A DNA stretch of 64,000 nt from Acidobacteriota bacterium (GTDB lineage: Bacteria; Acidobacteriota; Thermoanaerobaculia; UBA5066; Gp7-AA6). The translations under genes were made by a program, and so were the position numbers. Each line of letters begins with the position of its first letter. Position 1 is the stretch's first letter. Location of the stretch: the NCBI GenBank assembly GCA_039931865.1, contig JBDTRB010000006.1:881-64880 (forward strand), written 5' to 3'. A model generated the notes under the pieces. The model had not been told where the DNA came from and did not search any database. It saw only the letters and a list, made by a program, of their open reading frames with translations. This document shows positions 1-7,072 of the stretch, piece after piece.

Positions 1-1024
1 CCAGGTTCAACGGCGCCGCTCGGCCGAACGCCGACAGGAGCGAGTAACCCGGGAAGACGCCCGGCGCGAGATCGATGAACCGTTTCGTCAGCTCGAACGG
101 CTCCTCTCCGGCGTCCGAGTCGAGCCCGAGGACGAAGTTCATCTGCAGATAGGGGATGTGCTTCAGGATCATGTTCGCGTGATCGGCGACCTGACGAACC
201 TTCTCGATGCCCTTGTTCTGGCCGGTCTTCGACTTGTTGCCCATGTCGTACCAGGACTCGACTCCCGGCAGCAGCCCCTTGAATCCGGATCGCGCCATGC
301 GCTGCACGTGCGGCTCGGACAGAAGCGAGAGACTGCTCTCCGCGACGAAATCGATGCTGCCAGGAGGCACCGCCTCGTCGATCGCGTCCAGATACGCGTC
401 GAAGCGGACGCCGAAATTCGGGTCGTGCCAGCCGACCCGCGGACGTTTCATCTCGCGAACGAGGAACCGGAGATCTTCGCGCAGAACGCCGAAGTCGAGC
501 GGCTGATAAGGAACGGTCGCGTCGATGCAGAAGCTGCAGGTATACGGACAGCCGAGACTCCCGATCATCGGCACGAGCTTGAACAGCGGCGCCTTTCGCA
601 GGGTCGGGGCAATGAATTTCCACCGCTCGCGGACGCCAGGAAGGGACGCGGGCTGCGTCGACGCCGAGAGGTGACGGCCCAGGGGACGGTGCGGGCCGGC
701 GTCTTCCAACACGTCGCGGATCACCTTTCGATCGGTGAAGCCGAGAACGTAATCGAAGTACCGGCGAGCGTCCTCCGGATAGCAGCGGGCGTGGGGACCT
801 CCGAGCGCCGTGACGGCCCCTCGCGACCGGAACAGGTTGCTCAGCGAGTAGGACAGAAACGCCGACTCCGTGAAGCCGCCGAAGAAAACGAGATCGACCG
901 ATTCCGGCAGCTGTTCGGAGAGGTCCTCGAACCCGGTGTAGCAGACGAAGGTGACCTCGTGCCCCTCCGCCTCACACCAGGTCGCGACCACCTGCGGCAT
1001 GATGCTCGCGAGGTTCGCGTTCAT
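1..1024 (-). CDS. B12-binding-domain radical SAM protein (C-terminus leaves the window; start uncertain)
   Basis: Own minus-strand translation; the gene is absent from the ORF track because it runs off the edge. It reads ...KLKIGVIDLVAKGPTRALYARVMNANLASIMPQVVATWCEAEGHEV..., then GSLGCPYTCSFCID, which is the CxxxCxxC radical SAM motif. The first canonical start is the ATG at 1024-1022. The frame is open up to a TGA at 1120-1118, with a CTG at 1087. Confidence 0.75.
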   Translation of the reverse strand, partial: MNANLASIMPQVVATWCEAEGHEVTFVCYTGFEDLSEQLPESVDLVFFGGFTESAFLSYSLSNLFRSRGAVTALGGPHARCYPEDARRYFDYVLGFTDRKVIRDVLEDAGPHRPLGRHLSASTQPASLPGVRERWKFIAPTLRKAPLFKLVPMIGSLGCPYTCSFCIDATVPYQPLDFGVLREDLRFLVREMKRPRVGWHDPNFGVRFDAYLDAIDEAVPPGSIDFVAESSLSLLSEPHVQRMARSGFKGLLPGVESWYDMGNKSKTGQNKGIEKVRQVADHANMILKHIPYLQMNFVLGLDSDAGEEPFELTKRFIDLAPGVFPGYSLLSAFGRAAPLNL

Positions 1025-1294
1025 GACACGGGCGTAGAGAGCGCGGGTGGGCCCCTTGGCGACGAGATCGATGACGCCGATCTTCAGCTTGCGCGTAAAG
1101 CCTTTCGGCCGCCCGGGTCAGAACCGCGGATGAGAAAGCGGATAAACCTGCCGAGGCGGGATCGAATGCTAAGGTATCAGCGCCCGCCACCGCGAAGCCC
1201 CATTTTCTTCACCACCGCCCGCGCCCTCGCCTTGCAGGCCGTATCCGATCCGATTTTTGTGGCCCGAAGTCCTTTTCCGAAGCAAGATAGCGAC

Positions 1295-1786
1295 ATGCAT
1301 CGCGTCCTTCGGCGGTTCGCATGGCTCCTGCTGGCGCCTGCCCTCGCCTGCTCAGAGAAGAGCACGATCACCAACCCGCTGACGCAGACGCCTGTCACCC
1401 CCTCGATCACGTTCCCTACGCCGATCGGGCCGGGGGGGACGCCCGTCGTCACGGGCACGCCGCTCGTGCCGACCGCCGGAGCGACGTTCACGCCGAGGAC
1501 CACGACCCCCGTTCCGACCGCCGCGACCGTGACGCCCGGAGGACCGACCGCGACCCCGGCCGTCCTGACCGCGACCGTCGTCCCGACCGCGGGCCCCTCG
1601 GCAACTCCGCCGACCGCGGCCCCTCCGACCGCGACCCCGATCATCACGGGGACGCCGCTCCCGGCGACCCCGACCCCGCTCTTCACCCCGGTTCCGACGA
1701 TCACCCCAGTGCCGACGATCACGCCGATTTCGATCTTCACTCAGACCCCTATCTCCGCGACCGCGACTCCGAGGCCCACTCCCTAG
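1295..1786 (+). CDS. Pro/Thr-rich secreted protein, probable lipoprotein
   Basis: MHRVLRRFAWLLLAPALAC signal or lipobox-like N-terminus, followed by about 140 residues made almost only of P, T, A, G, V and I (TPVPTITPVPTITP...). This is the in-frame 3-prime part of track ORF 158..1786. Confidence 0.6.
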   Translation: MHRVLRRFAWLLLAPALACSEKSTITNPLTQTPVTPSITFPTPIGPGGTPVVTGTPLVPTAGATFTPRTTTPVPTAATVTPGGPTATPAVLTATVVPTAGPSATPPTAAPPTATPIITGTPLPATPTPLFTPVPTITPVPTITPISIFTQTPISATATPRPTP

Positions 1787-1820
1787 ATCCGGCGATGCAG
1801 CCGAGCCGTCTCCGTAGAGG

Positions 1821-2129
1821 GTGCGCTATCGGACAGACGGACCGCCCCATTCGGGGGAGAGTGCGACCCGTATGGTTGGTGCGATCACGGGGCTTCTTGT
1901 GCGTGTCGAAGAGGGGGAGCTGGTGGTTTTCAATGCCCCTGGCGACGACATTGCCCTCTTCTCGCGCCCCGGTACCTCTTTTTCAGGACGGGTTCTGGAG
2001 ACGATCGCCGGAGGCGGGGTCATCGCCTCGGTCGGTTCCTCCACCGCGACCAACGTCCGCCGGCTCCGTCTGAGAAATTCGGACGGCGGCGTGATCTACG
2101 ACGAAAAGATCTTCGTCTATCTGACCTGA
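1821..2129 (+). CDS. small hypothetical protein
   Basis: 102-aa ORF with GC3-rich codons and no recognisable motif. An alternative ATG lies at 1872 (MVGAITGLLVRVEEGELVVF...). Confidence 0.35.
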   Translation: MRYRTDGPPHSGESATRMVGAITGLLVRVEEGELVVFNAPGDDIALFSRPGTSFSGRVLETIAGGGVIASVGSSTATNVRRLRLRNSDGGVIYDEKIFVYLT

Positions 2130-2170
2130 GGACTCAGCCGCGCTCGCGAACCGACTGTCTTCTGTCTTCG

Positions 2171-2449
2171 TCAAACCCTCGGGCGCTGGCGGCGGTCCTC
2201 GATGATGTTTCCGCTCGAGATCGCTTCGCGGTTCGAGGCGTCGCAGCGACGGCAGACGAGCGGAATGACCTTGCCCTCCTGGATCTCTGTCGTCAGCGGC
2301 CGGTAATTCCGCTGGCCGCAGAACCGGCAGGACCACGAGAGAAGCTTCACGTTGTCTGGTGTCATGTCTGTCCAGGCCACGCGTGCGGTCTCGAAAGGCT
2401 TCGCTTCCGGCGAAGGATTGCAGGACGAGCACCCGGGACCCAGGCGCAT
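2171..2449 (-). CDS. small zinc-ribbon protein
   Basis: Contains CRFC...x23...CRRC (two CxxC pairs) plus an extra CSSC near the N-terminus. An alternative start at 2365 (MTPDNVKLL..., 64 aa) is possible. Divergent from kaiC. Confidence 0.5.
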   Translation of the reverse strand: MRLGPGCSSCNPSPEAKPFETARVAWTDMTPDNVKLLSWSCRFCGQRNYRPLTTEIQEGKVIPLVCRRCDASNREAISSGNIIEDRRQRPRV

Positions 2450-2740
2450 TGTCGCAGTTTCCGGCGCCTCCCGACGCCCGCCGACCGAGGGTCAGGCCTG
2501 GACGCCCGGAAAATGCAGCAGCCTGCGCCCCACCGGATTCGATTTTCGAAGAACGCCTCCCGGGGAACCGGCGGCGGGGGCGGGTAAAGAGCGGCCTGGA
2601 TTTCAGAGCGGCGGAAGAAGGCAAAGAGAAACATCTCGGAATCGAATACGCAGCGAAGGCCGAGTACTCCACGGCCGGGGGAATCGCATTCTTCGGGCCA
2701 CCGCAAACGCCTCGCAAGCGATGGACAAAGTCCAAACAAT

Positions 2741-2754
2741 GTACGCGAGCGTAC
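2741..2754. promoter_or_regulatory. 6-2-6 palindrome GTACGC-GA-GCGTAC upstream of kaiC
   Basis: Perfect inverted repeat read directly from the sequence, about 65 nt upstream of the kaiC TTG start, inside a roughly 370-450 nt divergent intergenic region. Confidence 0.25.
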
Positions 2755-2818
2755 TAAGGGACTCACCCCCCTTGCGGTAGCTTGGTGATCCGATACACCG
2801 TCTCATCAAGGAGCCGAG

Positions 2819-4585
2819 TTGGGCAGACAACCCACGGCAAAGAATCGGTCGGGAGCGGAACCTCGCCGCCGAGGCATCCAGAAATCGCGCACCGGGATCA
2901 CCGGGCTCGACGAGATCACCGGCGGAGGATTTCCGACGGGCCGTCCCACCCTGATCTGCGGAAGCGCGGGCTGCGGAAAGACGCTGTTCGCCATGGAGTT
3001 CTTAATCCGCGGCGCGACCGAGTCCAACGAGCCGGGCGTCTTCATGGCGTTCGAAGAAACGGCGAAAGACCTCACCGAGAACGTCCGGTCTCTCGGCTTC
3101 GACCTGGACGATCTCGTGCGCAGGAAGAGGGTCGTCGTCGATTACGTGCACATTGAGGCATCGGAAGTCGAAGAGTCGGGCGAATACGACCTCGAAGGGC
3201 TCTTCATCCGTCTGGGGCAGGCGATCGACGAAATCGGGGCGAAGCGCGTGGTGCTCGACACGATCGAGGTCCTCTTCGGGGCACTTCCGAACGAGGCGAT
3301 TCTCCGCGCGGAGCTGCGGCGCCTCTTCCGCTGGCTGAAGGACCGTAACGTCACCGCGGTCATCACCGGTGAGCGGGGGGCCGGCACGCTGACCCGCCAG
3401 GGAATCGAAGAGTACGTCTCCGACTGCGTCATCCTGCTGGACCACCGGGTCAACGACCAGGTCTCGACCCGCCGCCTTCGCATCGTGAAATACCGCGGAA
3501 CGACTCACGGAACGAACGAATACCCGTTCCTGATCGACGAAACGGGAATCTCCGTCCTGCCGATCACCAGCGAGGGCCTCAAGCACACGGTCAGCGACGA
3601 ACGGATCTCGAGCGGCGTGGCCGCGCTCGACACGATGCTCGCCGGCAAGGGCTTCCACCGGGGCAGCAGCATCCTGATCTCCGGCACGGCCGGCACGGGG
3701 AAGACGAGCCTGGCCGCGCACTTTGCAGACGCCACCTGCAGGCGCGGAGAGCGGTGTCTCTACTTCGCGTTCGAGGAATCCGAAAGCCAGTTTCTCCGCA
3801 ACATGCGCTCGATCGGCGTCAACCTCGGACCGCAGGTTCGCAGGGGGCTGCTCCGGTTTCACGCGTCCCGGCCGACCCTGTATGGCCTGGAGATGCACCT
3901 CGCGACCATGCACAAAGCGGTGCAGGATTTCGACCCGAGCGTGGTCATCATCGATCCCATTTCGAATTTCGCTGCCGGCGGAACGATGTCCGAGTCCTCG
4001 GCGATGCTCACCCGGCTGCTCGATCAGCTGAAGGCGCGCCAGACGACCGTGTTCATGACGAACCTGACCTCCGGAGCAAACGCGCTGGAAAGCACGCAGA
4101 TCGGGATCTCGTCGCTCGTCGACAACTGGCTGCTCCTTCGGGACATCGAGTTAAACGGCGAGCGCAACCGGGGGATGTACGTGCTGAAGGCTCGCGGCAC
4201 CGCGCACTCGAATCAGATTCGCGAGTTTCTGCTGACCGACCGCGGCATCCAGCTCGAAGAGGTCTACGTCGGCCGGGAGGGCGTCCTCACGGGATCCTCC
4301 CGCGTCGCTCAGGAAAATCGCGAACAGGAAGAGGCCAGGGCCCGGCGCGAAGAAGCGGAATCGAAACGGCGCGTACTGGCCCGCCGCCAGCAGGCACTCG
4401 AGGCGCAGATCGCCGGGCTGCGCGCCGAGTTCGAAACGGAACAGGAAGACCTCCGAAGAAGTGTGGAAGAGCAGGCCGCGGAAGAGGCGCTGCGGAAAGA
4501 GGATCAAAGCCTTCTGGCGAGGAGCCGAAAGGCCGCGCCTCAAAGCGGCGGGCGTCAGCGGCCGGCGCGCGGGAGCGCGCGATGA
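2819..4585 (+). CDS. kaiC: circadian clock protein KaiC homolog (double-domain) with long C-terminal coiled-coil-like tail
   Basis: 588 aa with two RecA-like halves. Walker A GSAGCGKT (aa 48-55) and GTAGTGKT (aa 289-296). Glu pairs in AFEET and [14 protein letters not shown] sits at the phosphosite position, and [14 protein letters not shown] is present. The TTG start is preceded by AAGGAG. Confidence 0.93.
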   Translation: MGRQPTAKNRSGAEPRRRGIQKSRTGITGLDEITGGGFPTGRPTLICGSAGCGKTLFAMEFLIRGATESNEPGVFMAFEETAKDLTENVRSLGFDLDDLVRRKRVVVDYVHIEASEVEESGEYDLEGLFIRLGQAIDEIGAKRVVLDTIEVLFGALPNEAILRAELRRLFRWLKDRNVTAVITGERGAGTLTRQGIEEYVSDCVILLDHRVNDQVSTRRLRIVKYRGTTHGTNEYPFLIDETGISVLPITSEGLKHTVSDERISSGVAALDTMLAGKGFHRGSSILISGTAGTGKTSLAAHFADATCRRGERCLYFAFEESESQFLRNMRSIGVNLGPQVRRGLLRFHASRPTLYGLEMHLATMHKAVQDFDPSVVIIDPISNFAAGGTMSESSAMLTRLLDQLKARQTTVFMTNLTSGANALESTQIGISSLVDNWLLLRDIELNGERNRGMYVLKARGTAHSNQIREFLLTDRGIQLEEVYVGREGVLTGSSRVAQENREQEEARARREEAESKRRVLARRQQALEAQIAGLRAEFETEQEDLRRSVEEQAAEEALRKEDQSLLARSRKAAPQSGGRQRPARGSAR

Positions 4586-4953
4586 AGCAGACTGCCACGG
4601 CCGCCAAACCCGTCGTGAAAAAAGCGCGTCCAAAAACCGCACCGAAGTCCGTGCCCGGCCGGCCGTTCTGGGACCTGCGCCTCTACGTCGCAGGGCAGAC
4701 GCCGAAGTCGATAACCGCTTTGAACAACCTGCGCCGGATCTGCGAAGAACATCTCGAGGGTAAGTATCGGATCCAGGTCATCGACCTCGTCAAGAATCCG
4801 GCGCTCGCGCGCGGGGACCAGATCGTCGCGATTCCGACCCTCGTCCGGAGCGTCCCGGCCCCCCTCCGGCGGATGATCGGCGACCTCTCGAGCACCGAGC
4901 GGGTCTTAGTCGGACTCGACGTGCGCCCTTACACCTCCCGCGGAGACGAATAG
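4582..4953 (+). CDS. kaiB: KaiB
   Basis: 123 aa with ...[72 protein letters not shown].... The ATG overlaps the kaiC stop (ATGA at 4582-4585). Confidence 0.93.
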   Translation: MKQTATAAKPVVKKARPKTAPKSVPGRPFWDLRLYVAGQTPKSITALNNLRRICEEHLEGKYRIQVIDLVKNPALARGDQIVAIPTLVRSVPAPLRRMIGDLSSTERVLVGLDVRPYTSRGDE

Positions 4954-5005
4954 AGACAGCGGCCATGATGCAGTCGCAAACGACCGGGAGCTTTCGGAGG
5001 TTTCG

Positions 5006-7042
5006 ATGAGCGGAGCAGACGCGAGGCGCACTGTTTCGGACCTGATGAAGCGGCTCGAAGAGGCGGAGGACACGATCCGGGCGATCCGCGACGGCGAAGT
5101 GGACGCGTTCGTGATGCGGGCGGCCCAGGAAGAGAGAGTCTTCGCCGTCGCGTCGGCTGACGGCCCATACCGGCTCCTCGTCGAGAGGATGCAGCAGGGC
5201 GCGGCCACCCTGAGCAGCGACGGGGCCGTCCTCTACTGCAATCAGCGGTTCGCGGAGCTCCTGAGCACCTCACCGGAGCACGTCTTCGGCGAGAGCTTCG
5301 GCCGATTCGTCCAGGCGGGCAACCGCCTTCTCTGGAATGCTCTATGCCGCCGCGGGGAGGAAGAAGGAAACAGCCAGGGAGAGATCACCCTCGAGAGGGT
5401 CGACGGGGGCCTCGTTCCCGTTTACGCCACGATCGGCTCGTTTGGGAAGGACATCGGCGCGCTCTCCCTGATGCTCACAGACCTCACGGAGCACAAGCGG
5501 CTCGAGGCGGTCGTCGCTTCCGAAGCGCTCTCGCTGTCGATCCTGGAGCAGGCGGCGGACGCGATCCTCGTGTGCGACGCGGATGGAAGGATCGTGCGCG
5601 TCTCGCGAGCGGCCGAGGAGCTGTGCGCGGGTAACCCGATGCTTCAAAGGTTCCAGGACTCCTTCGACCTGTTCATCGAACCGGCCGCGGGCGCTGCCGC
5701 AAACCGCCGCGACACACCCTCCCGGCGCCGCTTTTCCGTCGAGCCGTTGCTCGCCGGGGAAACGATCCGAGGCCTCGAGGTCTGCCTCGAGCGCGAGTCC
5801 GGACAGTTGAGCCTGCTCCTGGGCGGCGGGCCCCTCCGGACGGATGGAAAGACGATCGGCTGCGTCGTGACCTTGACCGACATTTCGGATCGTAAGAAAG
5901 TCGAGGAGGCCCTGCGCGATGCCGACCAGCGCAAGGACGAGTTCCTCGCGGTCCTCGGGCACGAGCTGCGCAATGCGCTCGGCCCGATTCGCAACGCGGC
6001 TCAGCTTCAAAAGCTCGCGGCCGGCGACATCGATGCGACGACCCACGCGCGGAACATGATCGAGCGGCAGGTCGGCCACATGACGCGACTGATCGACGAC
6101 CTTTTAGACGTGACACGGATCGCGAACGGCAAGATCCTTCTGCGACGCGACCCGGTGGAGCTCTCTGCGCTGGTGGAGTCGATCGTCGAAGACCACCGGG
6201 CTGCTCTCGAGACGTCCGGACTGACCGTCGACGTGGAGCTCCCTGCCGAACCGATCGAGACGGTCGGTGACGCGACCCGGCTCACGCAGGTCGTCGGAAA
6301 CGTGCTGCAGAACGCGGCAAAGTTCACGGACCGCGGGGGTCGGGTGAGGATTCGAGTTGCCTCCGGCGAAGACGGGACGGCAACGATCGCGATCCGCGAC
6401 ACGGGCATCGGCATGGACACGGACACACTCGCGCGGGTGTTCGACTATTTCAGTCAGTCCGACCGCAGCGTGGATCGCAGCCGCGGGGGACTCGGCCTCG
6501 GGATGGCGCTCGCCAGGGGCCTGGTCGAGCTGCACGGCGGCCGGATGACGGCCGGAAGCGAAGGGCCCGGCCGCGGCTCCGAGTTCGTGATCCGGCTTCC
6601 CCTTCCCCTTCCGTTAGCCGAGCAGCCGAAACCAGCACGGGACATGGAGAAACCCTCCGCCGACATGACAGGGAAGCTCAAGCGAGTCCTGATCATCGAA
6701 GACAACGTCGACATGGCGGAAAGCCTGCGGATGCTGTTCGATTTGAGCGGATATCCGGTCGCCTGCGCATACAACGGGTTTACGGGCGTCGAGCTGGCGG
6801 CCGAATTTCGCCCGGATGTGGTCCTCTGCGACATCGGGCTTCCGGGCGGCATGGACGGGTATGCGGTGGCGGCGGCTCTGCGTCTCGATCCCAGGACGAG
6901 ATCGGCGACTCTCGTGGCGCTCTCCGGCTACGCTCACGACGACGACCAGCGGCACGCGCTCGAGGCCGGGTTCGACCTGCACGTCAAGAAGCCGATCGAG
7001 TTCGAGACCCTCGAGCGGGTGCTCGCCTCCCTCGGGGAGTGA
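5006..7042 (+). CDS. hybrid sensor histidine kinase (PAS-PAS-HisKA-HATPase_c-REC)
   Basis: 678 aa. Two PAS-like segments, H-box FLAVLGHELRNALGPI, GIGMD and GGLGLGMALARGLVELHGG in the ATPase domain, and a C-terminal receiver (VLIIEDNVD...VVLCDIGLPG...LHVKKP). Confidence 0.9.
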   Translation: MSGADARRTVSDLMKRLEEAEDTIRAIRDGEVDAFVMRAAQEERVFAVASADGPYRLLVERMQQGAATLSSDGAVLYCNQRFAELLSTSPEHVFGESFGRFVQAGNRLLWNALCRRGEEEGNSQGEITLERVDGGLVPVYATIGSFGKDIGALSLMLTDLTEHKRLEAVVASEALSLSILEQAADAILVCDADGRIVRVSRAAEELCAGNPMLQRFQDSFDLFIEPAAGAAANRRDTPSRRRFSVEPLLAGETIRGLEVCLERESGQLSLLLGGGPLRTDGKTIGCVVTLTDISDRKKVEEALRDADQRKDEFLAVLGHELRNALGPIRNAAQLQKLAAGDIDATTHARNMIERQVGHMTRLIDDLLDVTRIANGKILLRRDPVELSALVESIVEDHRAALETSGLTVDVELPAEPIETVGDATRLTQVVGNVLQNAAKFTDRGGRVRIRVASGEDGTATIAIRDTGIGMDTDTLARVFDYFSQSDRSVDRSRGGLGLGMALARGLVELHGGRMTAGSEGPGRGSEFVIRLPLPLPLAEQPKPARDMEKPSADMTGKLKRVLIIEDNVDMAESLRMLFDLSGYPVACAYNGFTGVELAAEFRPDVVLCDIGLPGGMDGYAVAAALRLDPRTRSATLVALSGYAHDDDQRHALEAGFDLHVKKPIEFETLERVLASLGE

Positions 7043-7072
7043 GGCCGCGGGGACAGCCGGGAGAGAGGTCTT

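Noticed and set aside
158-1294. 5-prime two thirds of plus-strand ORF 158..1786
   Set aside because: This part is antisense to the radical SAM gene, which carries the CxxxCxxC motif on the minus strand. Only the 3-prime part from the ATG at 1295 (signal peptide plus PT-rich region) was kept.
1-2449. RiPP-type cluster hypothesis: radical SAM enzyme plus adjacent small peptides or the PT-rich protein as substrate
   Set aside because: There is no leader/core-like precursor, protease, transporter or cyclase nearby. The PT-rich protein has a normal export signal. The association is only divergent adjacency, so the support is insufficient.
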